Notes under the pieces: model-generated
What the model was told of the DNA's origin: nothing
Databases searched by the model: none
The model's input: the letters and a program-made list of their open reading frames with translations, nothing else
Assembly (NCBI GenBank): GCA_049511595.1
Contig: JBEKXX010000001.1
Span: 676 to 64,675, forward strand
From: Terracidiphilus sp.
Lineage (GTDB): Bacteria > Acidobacteriota > Terriglobia > Terriglobales > Acidobacteriaceae
DNA: 64,000 nt
Direction of reading: 5' to 3'
Part shown: positions 17,377 to 26,994 of the stretch, in pieces
Numbering within the stretch: position 1 is the first letter of the stretch
Layout of the letters: each line of letters starts with the position of its first letter
Program-made: the position numbers and the translations under genes

Positions 17377-18264
17377 CTACGCCGAACGCAGCGTGAGCAG
17401 CGTGATTTCCGGCGGGCAGTCGAGGCGGAAGGGAATGCCGACGGTGCCGAGTCCGCGATTGACGTAGAGTTGCAGATTTCCGATGCGGAACCAGCCCTCG
17501 ACATACTTGCGGCCGAACTCTGGAAGAGCCAGAGGGCCGATCCATGGCAGGCGGATCTGGCCTCCATGGGTGTGGCCAGCCAGCACGAGAGAGAGCGCCT
17601 GGCCCGCGGGAATCAGCAGGAGATCGTCCACGTAATCGGGCGCGTGGCAGAGGAGGACGATGGGCTCGTGCGGCACGCCGCGGATGGAGGCGGGGATGGC
17701 GGCTTCGGGATCGGGATCGCCGGCCACGGGATCGTCGACCCCGGCAAGCCAGAAGCGGCTCCCGGCGCGTTCGATGGGAAGATAGGAATTCTCCAGGACG
17801 GTGATGGCGTTTGCGGTGAGCGCCTCGATGACGTATTTCCGCCCGACGATCACGTCGTGGTTGCCGAGAACGGCGTAACGGTTCCGGCATTGGAGCCGGT
17901 TGAGGAGATTGGCGCACTGCCACGCCGGGCCGATGGAAAATCTCTTGGGCAGGAGCTCGTGGGTTACGTAGTCTCCGGTGAGAAACACCGCATCGGGATT
18001 CATGCGGTTGATATGGCGGACGGCGTCACGGAGGAAGAACGGTTCAGTGAATTCGTCGAGGTGGATGTCACTGAGTTGCGCCACGCGGAAGCCGTCGAAC
18101 GCCTGGGGAAGGCCGGGGATGACGACGTCGCGATACGTGATCTCGATCCAGTGCCGCTCGATCTCGCCCGCGTAGAGCGCCAGACCGGCGCCGGCGCACG
18201 CACCTGAGAGCAGGAAGCGGCGGCGGGTGATAAGCAACTGCGGAGCGGGACGAGACACTGTCAT
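17377..18264 (-). CDS. Calcineurin-like metallophosphoesterase (YkuE-like) with twin-arginine-like leader
   Basis: QLSDIH, LTGDY, VLGNHD, LCHAPD, AGHTHGGQ, NRGLG motifs; TRRRFL leader. Confidence 0.92.
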   Translation of the reverse strand: MTVSRPAPQLLITRRRFLLSGACAGAGLALYAGEIERHWIEITYRDVVIPGLPQAFDGFRVAQLSDIHLDEFTEPFFLRDAVRHINRMNPDAVFLTGDYVTHELLPKRFSIGPAWQCANLLNRLQCRNRYAVLGNHDVIVGRKYVIEALTANAITVLENSYLPIERAGSRFWLAGVDDPVAGDPDPEAAIPASIRGVPHEPIVLLCHAPDYVDDLLLIPAGQALSLVLAGHTHGGQIRLPWIGPLALPEFGRKYVEGWFRIGNLQLYVNRGLGTVGIPFRLDCPPEITLLTLRSA

Positions 18265-18401
18265 AGTTCATGGTATCGGATTTCGACGGCGCAGGCGCCT
18301 GCCCTGGGGCTAAGCGCAGTAGGTTGAGAGGGTTCGCCGCCGGTGTCTCGGGTTACGGCGGGACGGCGAAGGCGGGCGATGCGTCCGGCTTGCGGGGACG
18401 C

Positions 18402-18956
18402 TCAAGCGGGGTTTTCAGGCTGGGAAGGGACGGCGGCGAAGTACTCGGCGACTTCGCGCCAGTTGTTTACGCGGACGAAGCCGGTTGCGCTGAGGTTGTG
18501 CGGCGCGGAGTAGAGCAGCCCCTGGCCTTCGAAGCGGAGGAGATTCTTGGGCTGGTCGTCGATGAGGTAGTCGGCGCGGAGGATGCTCTTGTTGCCGCAA
18601 AAGACGTAATGCGAGGGCGGGATGAAGGGGAAGTGGCGCTGCAGCCACCGGTACTTGGAGCCGAGCGAGTTGGGCACGGCCATGGCCTGCGTGGCGATGT
18701 AGATCTCGAAGCGCGCGGAGAGATCTTGGAGGACCGGCTGCGCATCGGGCATCAGCGCCAGGTCTTCAAAGAAATCCTCGGCATCGAGGAAGGCGCGGAG
18801 TTGGGCCTGGCGGTCGAGGGGCGCGATCTCCCAGAGGCCTTTGCCCGCCAGATCATCCGGCGTAACGTCCTCGTCGAAGGTCTGGTTGTAGCGGCGGAGG
18901 TGCTCGGCGAGGGTGTCGGCCATGACCTCGTCCATATCGACACAGATGCGCTGCAC
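18402..18956 (-). CDS. 5'(3')-deoxyribonucleotidase (HAD, NT5C family)
   Basis: VDMDEVMAD HAD motif I, KYRWLQRHFPF, DYLIDD. Confidence 0.88.
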   Translation of the reverse strand: MQRICVDMDEVMADTLAEHLRRYNQTFDEDVTPDDLAGKGLWEIAPLDRQAQLRAFLDAEDFFEDLALMPDAQPVLQDLSARFEIYIATQAMAVPNSLGSKYRWLQRHFPFIPPSHYVFCGNKSILRADYLIDDQPKNLLRFEGQGLLYSAPHNLSATGFVRVNNWREVAEYFAAVPSQPENPA

Positions 18957-18973
18957 GGGGGTGCTCCTGAAAA

Positions 18974-18993
18974 CAGTGGTCAGTGGTCAGCGG
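18974..18993. repeat. Short CAGTGGT heptamer array
   Basis: CAGTGGT CAGTGGT CAGCGG; same unit as 6286-6323. Confidence 0.65.
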
Positions 18994-19060
18994 CCGGTCC
19001 CTTCCGGCGCAGGGCGGTAGACCGGGTTGCTAAGGAAAGGGTAGCAGGATGGGAGGAGGT

Positions 19061-19849
19061 TTACGCGCCGGCGGGGCGCGGTTTGCGCGGAGCGCGGCCG
19101 GCGCTCGCCTTGGCCGGGTCGGGCGCGGGGTTCGGTGCGGGCGGAGTCATCGCCGGGTCCCAATAGAGGAGGCGGCTGCAACTGTCGCAGGCGAGCAGCT
19201 CGCCATTGCGGAGCTGGTTCCAGGTTTGCGGGCGCACGCCCATGCTGCAGCCGGTGCACTGCTGATTCTCGGCGCGGGCGATGGCGGCGCCGCGGGCCTT
19301 GGCGATACGGTCGAAACGGGCCAGCAAGTCGGGATCGATAGCCGCGCGGGCGGCTTCGCGATCGGCGTCGAGCGCGGCAAGTTTGCCGGAGAGCTCGCGC
19401 TTGCGGGCGGCAACACTGGCGCGGACGGCATCCACCTCGGCGGCGAACCGTTCCACCTGGGCGCGTGCGTGGGCGAGTTGAGCTTCCAGGGCTTCCGAGC
19501 GCTCGAGGCTGGCGTATTCTTCGTTCTCCAGGCGCTCCGCTTCGGCGGTGGCGAATTGAATCTCGTGCTCGACGGCCGCGGCCTGCTCGGTAGTCTTTAC
19601 GGAGTCCAACTGCTCGCGGAAGTGGGCGGCTTTCTTGCGATGGGCGGCGATCTCGCGCTCCAGGCGGGTGCGCAGCGAGTCCTCGCGGCTGAGGGCGGCA
19701 GAGACGTCGGCGGATTGGCGCTCGGCGGCGGCAAGCGCGGCTTCGGCCTGGGCGATTTCGGCGGGCAGCGCGCGCAATTCATGGTTGACGCGGGCGCGGT
19801 TGAGTTCAATGGCCTGGAGCTTTACGAGGTTTTCAATCAGGGCTTGCAT
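19061..19849 (-). CDS. Coiled-coil protein with C4 zinc ribbon (DUF164/CT398-like)
   Basis: LVKLQAIE..., long heptad coiled coil, CTGCSMGV ... CDSCSRLLYW. Confidence 0.88.
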   Translation of the reverse strand: MQALIENLVKLQAIELNRARVNHELRALPAEIAQAEAALAAAERQSADVSAALSREDSLRTRLEREIAAHRKKAAHFREQLDSVKTTEQAAAVEHEIQFATAEAERLENEEYASLERSEALEAQLAHARAQVERFAAEVDAVRASVAARKRELSGKLAALDADREAARAAIDPDLLARFDRIAKARGAAIARAENQQCTGCSMGVRPQTWNQLRNGELLACDSCSRLLYWDPAMTPPAPNPAPDPAKASAGRAPRKPRPAGA

Positions 19850-19910
19850 CGATGACAAGAAGTCTAAGGCATGGAGCGGGGGGAAGGACAGGGAGCAAGG
19901 GCGCAGAACG

Positions 19911-19978
19911 AGTTGCTAGCTGCTAGCTGCTAGTCCTTAGCTGTTCGTTCTTAGCTGCTGGTTGCTGGCTCGTAGCCA
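19911..19978. repeat. Degenerate heptamer array (AGCTGCT type)
   Basis: AGTTGCT AGCTGCT AGCTGCT AGTCCTT AGCTGTT ... AGCTGCT in the divergent intergenic region. Confidence 0.7.
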
Positions 19979-20141
19979 GGGGTAAGGAAACAAAAACGGA
20001 GACTGCGGGGTGCGATTTTTCAAGAAGGAAAGGAAGCGCGGTGCTTGCGATGCGATTTCTGGCGCAGATCGCGTCAAACGAAGCGGGAATTGACCCTGCG
20101 GCGTGAAGGAAGCCTGCGAAAATGGAAGCGGGAGAGGATGG

Positions 20142-21842
20142 ATGGCGGCGGCGAGGCGAGCGAGAAAACCGCGCAGGCGCCGATGGCTGAAGTGGTTCGC
20201 GGCCGCGGTTGTGCTGGCGCTGGTCGCACTGGGCGTGGCGATTGCCGTGGCCCTGCACCGGGCCGAGCCCATGTTGCGCGCCGAGATTGTGCAACGGCTG
20301 GCAGCGCGCTTTCACGCGCGCGTGGAGTTGGACAGCTTTCATGTATCGCTGATGAGCGGGCTGTGGGCCGAGGGCAAGGGGCTGCGGATCTGGCCGCCCG
20401 CGCAAGTGGCGGGTGTGACGGTTCCGGGCGCAAAGGGAGCCGGCGCGGCCGGAGCGCCCAAGCCGCTGATCCAGCTCGCCGAGTTTCGCTTTCATGTGCC
20501 GCTCAGCTACAGGCCAGGCAAGCCGATCGGGATTTCCGTGGTGGAGATGAACGGGTTGGACGTGGATGTACCGCCTAAGCCGCACTTCACGCACGCGGCA
20601 ACGGCGGGCGTCGCGGAGCCGGAGAAGGAGGATTCGGCCGGCCTGATGGGGCTGCGTTTCCAATTGGAGAAAATTGAATGCAAAGATGCGCGCCTGATGC
20701 TGGAGACGAGCAAGCCGGGAAAACTTCCGCTGGAGTTTGCTATCGCGCATATGAACCTGACCCATGTGAGCGCGAGCGGGTCGATGCACTTCGATGCGGA
20801 GCTGACCAATCCGCGGCCCAAGGGAACGATTGCGACCTCGGGCAGCCTGGGCCCGTGGGTGGTTGAGGATCCGGGTGAGACTCCGGTGGCGGGCGAATAC
20901 CGGTTTGAGCACGCGGACCTGAGCGTGTTCAAAGGCATTGCGGGAATCCTGAATTCGACGGGCAAGTACCAGGGCGCTTTGCGCGACATGACGGTGGATG
21001 GGCAGACGGATACGCCGGACTTCCGGCTGACGCACTTCGGCACTGCGCTGCCGCTGCACACCGTGTTTCACGCAACCGTGGACGGAACGAACGGGGACAC
21101 GTGGCTGCAGCCGGTCGACGCGATGCTGGGGCAGTCGCACTTTACCGCCGAGGGAGAGATTGTGGGGGTTCCGGCCGGAGTTTTGCCCAACGGCGCCGCG
21201 CGGCCGGGCGGGCACGAGATCTCGCTGAAGGTGAAAGTGGACCGGGGACGGATGGAAGACTTTCTGCGCCTGGCGAGCAAGAGCGGGACGCCGTTGCTGA
21301 CCGGCGCGCTGGCGTTGAGGACTACGCTTGAAATTCCACCGGGTGCGGAGCCGGTGCACGACCGGCTGAAGCTGAATGGGAGCTTTGTGCTTCAGGACGC
21401 CGAGTTTACCAGCGCGAAGTTTCAGAACGACGTGGGAGAGCTGAGCCTGCGCGGACAGGGCCTGCCGAAGGATGCGAAGAATGGCGGAGCGGAAGTGCGC
21501 TCGGCGATGGAGAGCGATTTCACGATGGCGGGCGGCGTGATTACGCTGCCCGATGTGAAGTACACGGTGCCGGGAGCGGAGATCGGCTTAAAGGGCACGT
21601 ATCGCGTGGACGGCGGCGCGCTGGAATTCAAGGGAACAGCCAAGACACAGGCGACGGTGTCGCAGATGGTGGGCGGGTGGAAGGGCTTGCTGCTGAAGCC
21701 GGCCGATCGCTTCTTCAAGAGAGACGGAGCGGGGACCGAAGTTCCAATTCATATCGGCGGCACGCAGGAGGATCCGAAGTTTGGGATCGACTTCGACCGC
21801 ATGAAGCACACATCGCCGCAGATGCCGGGAGAGCCGCAATAA
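20142..21842 (+). CDS. AsmA-family membrane-anchored protein
   Basis: N-terminal TM after a basic stretch, beta-rich body, and an AsmA-like C-terminus (LKPADRFFKRDGAGTEVPIHIGGTQEDPKFG). Confidence 0.75.
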   Translation: MAAARRARKPRRRRWLKWFAAAVVLALVALGVAIAVALHRAEPMLRAEIVQRLAARFHARVELDSFHVSLMSGLWAEGKGLRIWPPAQVAGVTVPGAKGAGAAGAPKPLIQLAEFRFHVPLSYRPGKPIGISVVEMNGLDVDVPPKPHFTHAATAGVAEPEKEDSAGLMGLRFQLEKIECKDARLMLETSKPGKLPLEFAIAHMNLTHVSASGSMHFDAELTNPRPKGTIATSGSLGPWVVEDPGETPVAGEYRFEHADLSVFKGIAGILNSTGKYQGALRDMTVDGQTDTPDFRLTHFGTALPLHTVFHATVDGTNGDTWLQPVDAMLGQSHFTAEGEIVGVPAGVLPNGAARPGGHEISLKVKVDRGRMEDFLRLASKSGTPLLTGALALRTTLEIPPGAEPVHDRLKLNGSFVLQDAEFTSAKFQNDVGELSLRGQGLPKDAKNGGAEVRSAMESDFTMAGGVITLPDVKYTVPGAEIGLKGTYRVDGGALEFKGTAKTQATVSQMVGGWKGLLLKPADRFFKRDGAGTEVPIHIGGTQEDPKFGIDFDRMKHTSPQMPGEPQ

Positions 21843-21943
21843 GGCGGGGCGCACGGGTTTCAGAAACCTTGCGGATTGCAGCGGCAACCTGCGAGGATGG
21901 GAAAACCGCGAGGCGGAGAAGAAAGAGAACGGGGAAAAACGCG

Positions 21944-23758
21944 ATGCAAGTGGCGAGTGGAATGTTGCGAAGGATCGGGAGCTGTACCGCAGGTCTGGTG
22001 CTGGTGGCCGCGGCCCTGGCCGCAGGAGGGCAAACGGCGCCAGGTACAACGAGGATGGATGCGAGCATGGCGACGGCAGCGGGCGAACGGAACTGGTGGA
22101 AGAATGCCGTGATCTACGAGGTATACCCGCGCAGCTTTCAAGATACGAATGGCGACGGGATCGGCGACCTGAACGGGATTACGGCGCGGCTGGACTACCT
22201 GAAGGATCTGGGCGTGGATGCAATCTGGCTGACGCCCGTGTACCCCTCGCCGCAGGTGGACTTCGGCTACGACATCTCGAATTACCGGGACATCGATCCG
22301 CAGTACGGCACGCTGGCGGACTTCGATCGGCTGGTGGCCGAGGCCGGCAAGCGCCACATCCGCGTGATTATGGACATGGTGATGAACCACACGTCGGATC
22401 AGCACGAGTGGTTCCTGCAATCGCGTTCGTCGCGCGACAACCCTTACCGCGACTGGTATATGTGGCACGATGGCAAGGGCGAGACCGCGACAAGCAAGGG
22501 CGAGCCGCCCAACAACTGGCAGTCGCTCTTTGGCCACTCGGCGTGGCAATGGGATGAGAAGACGCGGCAGTACTACTATCACAAGTTCTATATCCAGCAG
22601 CCCGACCTGAACTGGCACAACCCCGCGGTGCACGAGGCGTTCAAGCAGATCATGGCGTTCTGGCTGAAACGTGGAGTGGGCGGGTTCCGGTTCGACGCGA
22701 TTACGGCGCTGTTTGAGGACCCGAGCCTGGCCGACGAGGGAGTGGTGCTGGACAAGAACGGCAAGCCGGTGATCAATGCCTACGGCGATCCGCAACTGGA
22801 CGACTCGAAGACCGACAACCAGCCGGGCGTGCACGAGGTGATCGCGGAGATGCGGGCCGAGGCGGACAAGTTCGGTGGGAGCGCGTTCCCCGGCGCGCGC
22901 GTGATGATCGGCGAGACCTATCTGCCCAACATCGGCGAGCTCCGCAAGATGTATGGAACACCGAAACAACCGGAGTTCGAGCTGCCGATGGATACGCAGG
23001 TGGCTTTCATCAACAAGCTGGATGTGACCGTGTTCCGGCAACGGCTGGCCGATGCCGAGTTGCGGCTGGGGACTCATACTCCGCTGCTGCTTTTCGATAA
23101 TCACGACAATCCGCGGATCGCTGCGCGCTATGGCGACGGCGCGCACGACACGGACATCCAGCGCGCGATTGCGGCCATCCTGCTGGCGAGCCGCGGGTCG
23201 GCGCTGATGTACTACGGCGACGAAATTGGGATGAAGACCACGCCACCCAAGCGCAAAGAAGATGTGAAGGATCCGATCGGGATCACCGGCTGGCCCAAGG
23301 AGAAGGGACGCGACGGCGAACGCACGCCGATGCAATGGGACGGGAGCGCGAACGCCGGGTTCACGACCGGAACGCCCTGGCTGCCTGTGCCCGGTAGCGC
23401 GGAGGCTATCAACGTGAAGGCCGAGGAGCGCGATCCCGATTCGCTGCTTGCGTGGTACAAGGAGCTGATCCGGCTGAAGAAGACGGTTCCAGCCTTCGAG
23501 AATGGCGCGAACATCATGCTGGATACGGAAAACACAAAGGTGCTGAGCTGGATGCGGCAAGCCCCGGGCGCGGCCCAGGTGGTGGTGAGCGTGAACTTTA
23601 CGGCTGAGCCGCAGACGGTGAATCTGGCCACCGGCGGCGCGGGCATCCGGCCCAGCAAACTGAAAACGCTGCTGAAAACGCCCGGCGGGGCAGAGCCGGT
23701 TGCATTGAACCGGATCGAGCTGGGGCCGTACGGGGTGTATGCCGGCGAGGTGCAGTAA
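21944..23758 (+). CDS. Secreted GH13 alpha-glucosidase / oligo-1,6-glucosidase
   Basis: WWKNAVIYEVYPRSFQD, DMVMNHTS, QPDLNW, GFRFDAI (nucleophile D), MIGET (acid E), DNHD; start approximate. Confidence 0.92.
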   Translation: MQVASGMLRRIGSCTAGLVLVAAALAAGGQTAPGTTRMDASMATAAGERNWWKNAVIYEVYPRSFQDTNGDGIGDLNGITARLDYLKDLGVDAIWLTPVYPSPQVDFGYDISNYRDIDPQYGTLADFDRLVAEAGKRHIRVIMDMVMNHTSDQHEWFLQSRSSRDNPYRDWYMWHDGKGETATSKGEPPNNWQSLFGHSAWQWDEKTRQYYYHKFYIQQPDLNWHNPAVHEAFKQIMAFWLKRGVGGFRFDAITALFEDPSLADEGVVLDKNGKPVINAYGDPQLDDSKTDNQPGVHEVIAEMRAEADKFGGSAFPGARVMIGETYLPNIGELRKMYGTPKQPEFELPMDTQVAFINKLDVTVFRQRLADAELRLGTHTPLLLFDNHDNPRIAARYGDGAHDTDIQRAIAAILLASRGSALMYYGDEIGMKTTPPKRKEDVKDPIGITGWPKEKGRDGERTPMQWDGSANAGFTTGTPWLPVPGSAEAINVKAEERDPDSLLAWYKELIRLKKTVPAFENGANIMLDTENTKVLSWMRQAPGAAQVVVSVNFTAEPQTVNLATGGAGIRPSKLKTLLKTPGGAEPVALNRIELGPYGVYAGEVQ

Positions 23759-23857
23759 GAAAGACCAAAGGCCGTTTGCCATGCCCGGAGTTCCAGGTTC
23801 GCTGCCTGCGCGTAGACCGGGTGCGAGAAGGGAAGCACACGCAACGAAGGATCGGCC

Positions 23858-24814
23858 ATGAACGCCGCGCCCAAGCAAGACTCGCAGGATAAGCGCCAAC
23901 AGCAGTATCGCGATGCCCGCTTCGCCATGCGGCTGTCGTTGTTCGTTGGCGTGCTCATGCTTGCCGGGAAGATGACGGCTTACCTCTACACGGACTCCTC
24001 GGCGATCTTTTCCGATGCAGCGGAATCGGTGGTGCATGTGGTGGCTGTGGCGTTTGCCGTCTTCAGCCTATGGCTGAGCGCGCGGCCTGCTGTCACGCAT
24101 TTCCACTACGGATACGAGCGAATCACCTTCTTTTCCGCGGGTTTTGAGGGCGCGATGATCGCGCTGGCCGCGGGAAGCATTCTCTATACGACCATCGAGA
24201 AGTGGCGGCACGGCCTGGCCCTGGAGAACATTGGCGGCGGAGTCGTCCTGATCGTTGCCGCCGGAATCCTGAACGCCGTGCTGGGGTGGTATTTGCTGCG
24301 GCTTGGCCGGCGCAATCACTCGCTGATACTGGAGGCCGACGGGAAGCACGTGCTGACCGACAGTTGGACCAGCTTCAGCGTGGTTGCAGGTTTGCTGCTG
24401 GTGATGACGACGGGATGGAAGCCGTTCGATCCGTTGGTGGCTTTCGGCGTGGCGGCGAACATTCTCTTTACGGGCGGCCGGCTGCTTTGGCGGTCCTTTA
24501 AAGGATTGCTCGATTACTCCGATCCTAAGGTCGGCCACCAGATTCGGGCGCGGCTTGACGCCCTTTGCGAGGAACTTGGCGTGCAATACCACGGGGTGCG
24601 TTTCCGCACCACCGGCTACCGGCAGATCATCGAGGTGCACCTTCTGTTTCCCGACGGCATAAAGCTGGGCGAAGCCCACCGGCTGGCGACCCAGGTGGAA
24701 GAGCGGCTGGCGCTCGATCTGGAGATGCCCGCGGAGGTCATCACGCATCTGGAGTCGCTTAAGGACCACTCCGAAGTCCATCACATGCAGCACTATACGG
24801 GGCGGCCGGATTGA
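23858..24814 (+). CDS. Cation diffusion facilitator family transporter
   Basis: IFSDAAES, HFHYGYER, ADGKHVLTD, FDPLVA, EVITHLE. Confidence 0.92.
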   Translation: MNAAPKQDSQDKRQQQYRDARFAMRLSLFVGVLMLAGKMTAYLYTDSSAIFSDAAESVVHVVAVAFAVFSLWLSARPAVTHFHYGYERITFFSAGFEGAMIALAAGSILYTTIEKWRHGLALENIGGGVVLIVAAGILNAVLGWYLLRLGRRNHSLILEADGKHVLTDSWTSFSVVAGLLLVMTTGWKPFDPLVAFGVAANILFTGGRLLWRSFKGLLDYSDPKVGHQIRARLDALCEELGVQYHGVRFRTTGYRQIIEVHLLFPDGIKLGEAHRLATQVEERLALDLEMPAEVITHLESLKDHSEVHHMQHYTGRPD

Positions 24815-24882
24815 CAGCCCCATGGCCCGACTGACCTCCCGGCTGCTATCCCGCGCAGCGAATGGGCAGTAAACCCGGCTCC

Positions 24883-25974
24883 TCATCCCGCAATCGACTC
24901 GACCAGCCGGTTCATTCTGTCTTCCTGCCGCTCGATGGACTCAACCAACTTGAATTGCGTGCGGCAGCGGTCGAGGTTGTGGCCTTCGAGATGCACCTTG
25001 AAGTAGGTGTCGCCGGCCAGATAATCGGCGAGAAAGCGGATGCCGGTCTCGAACGTGATGAGCTTGCCCGAGAAGGCGAGGAGCTGCTTCTCCGCCGGGG
25101 CAAGGAACCCTCCTGCCGATTCAAGATAACCGCGGACAAGGGCCTCGAACAGCGGAAACTGCATGGCGACTTTCGACAGATCCTGTTCGTCTTCCTGGGC
25201 GGGGCTGGTAGTGGTGCGCACCATGTCGCCGAAATCGTAAAGCGCCAGGCCAGGCATCACGGTGTCGAGGTCGATAACGCAGACGGCTTCGCCGGTTGCG
25301 CCGTCGAGCAGGACATTGTTGAACTTGGTGTCGTTGTGGGTGATGCGGTCGGGCAGGCCGGCATTCAGCAGGACGTTGGCGATCGATTGGCGCGAGCGGG
25401 CAAACTCGATCTCCGGCTTGGCGAGCGCGGAGCGGCCGGCGACATCGGCGGCGACGGCATGTTCGAGCGCGGCGAAGCGCTTGGGCGTGTCATGAAAATT
25501 GGGAATGGTTTCGTGCAGGCGCGGCGGGGGCAAGCTGGCAACCTGCTGCTGGAAGCGGCCGAAGGCGCGTGCGGCCTGGAATGCCTGCTCCGCGGAGGCC
25601 GCGGTTTCATAACTGCACGCGTTCTCAATGAAGCGATAGGCGCGCCAGGTTTCTCCGGCTGCGTCCACGTGCCAGTTGCGTCCGTCCTGCGCCGGAACGA
25701 GCTGAAGCGCGCGCCGGGCGCCGTCGGGTTGGCCTGCCACTTGCCCGGCAAGATGCGCCGTGACGCGCTCGATGTTCTGCATCAGGGCGGCGGGATTCAA
25801 GAAGACGCGGCGATTGATGTGCTGCAAGATGTAGCGCGCGGACGCACCGGCTCCCTGGCACGACACGACGTAGGTGTCGTTGATGTGGCCGTTGCCGTAA
25901 GGCGCGATGGCTGAGACTTCGCAGTGGAACTCAAATTGACGTGCCGCAGCGTATGCGTCGGGCAGGCCGCTCAT
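24883..25974 (-). CDS. APH-fold sugar kinase, N-acetylhexosamine 1-kinase-like
   Basis: GNGHINDTY, YILQHIN, THNDTKFNNVL, IDLDTVMPG, DFGDMVRT; ATGA overlap with the upstream nucleotidyltransferase. Confidence 0.8.
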   Translation of the reverse strand: MSGLPDAYAAARQFEFHCEVSAIAPYGNGHINDTYVVSCQGAGASARYILQHINRRVFLNPAALMQNIERVTAHLAGQVAGQPDGARRALQLVPAQDGRNWHVDAAGETWRAYRFIENACSYETAASAEQAFQAARAFGRFQQQVASLPPPRLHETIPNFHDTPKRFAALEHAVAADVAGRSALAKPEIEFARSRQSIANVLLNAGLPDRITHNDTKFNNVLLDGATGEAVCVIDLDTVMPGLALYDFGDMVRTTTSPAQEDEQDLSKVAMQFPLFEALVRGYLESAGGFLAPAEKQLLAFSGKLITFETGIRFLADYLAGDTYFKVHLEGHNLDRCRTQFKLVESIERQEDRMNRLVESIAG

Positions 25975-26879
25975 GACCAGAGTCTTTCCGGATAGAGGCC
26001 ATTGGCGATGAGGCGGCGGATGCTTTCGACGACGCGCGGGCGATCCTCGCGATAGGTGACGCCAAACCAGGAGTCGCTCGAATGCAGCACCTTGACTCGC
26101 GCCAGGCCCGACTGAACCAGCTCGCCGACGGTCGAGGGAATGAAACACTCGGCCTTCAAATCGCCGGCGCTGCCCTCAAGGAACTTTTCGAAGCGCTCGC
26201 GCAGTTGATCGAAGACGCGGGGCGTGAATCCCCACATGTTCATGGAGACCGGTTCGTCGCCGGAGAGCTTCGTCACATTTCCCGCGGCATCGGTGTTGCG
26301 CGCTCCGTTCGTGTCGCGCTCGATTTTGGTGAGCTCGACGATGTGCTGGAGGTAGCCGTCGCCGGCAACCTGGCAGACGCCGCGCGCCACGGAGCCGAAG
26401 TCGGAGAGCGTATTGCGCAGGATGAAGCCTACCATGGCGTAGTCGGGCGAGCCGGAGGTCAGATGCCTGGCCAGCTCGCGGTAGCCGCCTGAACCGTAGA
26501 AGTCGTCGGCGTTTATGGCGGCGAAGGGCTCATGGATGACGCCCTCGGCGAGCAGGATGGCCTGTGTGGTGCCCCAGGGCTTGGCGCGTCCTGCAGGCAC
26601 GGTGAAGCGAGGAGGAATGTCTTCGAGGGCCTGAAAGACGTATTCGACCGCAACGCGTTTTTCAAAGCGCGCGCCGACGATCTCGCGGAATTGCTGCTCG
26701 ATGTCCCTACGGATGACGAAGACGAGTTTGCCGAAGCCGGCGCGAAGAGCGTCGTAGATGGAGTAGTCGATGATGGTTTCGCCGGCCGGGCCAACGGGAT
26801 CGATTTGCTTGAGGCCGCCGTAGCGGTTGCCCATTCCGGCAGCGAGAACGAGGAGTGTGGGAGAGGATGCAGAGCTCAT
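25971..26879 (-). CDS. Sugar-phosphate nucleotidyltransferase
   Basis: LVLAAGMGNRYGGLKQID, KPWGT, INADDFYG, VSMNMWGF, WFGVTYRED. Confidence 0.88.
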   Translation of the reverse strand: MSSASSPTLLVLAAGMGNRYGGLKQIDPVGPAGETIIDYSIYDALRAGFGKLVFVIRRDIEQQFREIVGARFEKRVAVEYVFQALEDIPPRFTVPAGRAKPWGTTQAILLAEGVIHEPFAAINADDFYGSGGYRELARHLTSGSPDYAMVGFILRNTLSDFGSVARGVCQVAGDGYLQHIVELTKIERDTNGARNTDAAGNVTKLSGDEPVSMNMWGFTPRVFDQLRERFEKFLEGSAGDLKAECFIPSTVGELVQSGLARVKVLHSSDSWFGVTYREDRPRVVESIRRLIANGLYPERLWS

Positions 26880-26994
26880 CAATCGGGGCCTTTTCGCGGG
26901 CGTTGATCCAATCGAAATGGTACAACACGGACCGGCTGGAGAACGACAGTAGACCATGGGCAACGGCACAAGGAGTCTGGTAGAGTGGGTTGCC

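Noticed and set aside
21860-24037. Long antisense ORFs (e.g. 21860-24037, 10512-12098, 40775-42463, 51313-52857)
   Set aside because: They are shadow ORFs of high-GC genes on the opposite strand, are Arg/His/Pro-rich and show no domains.
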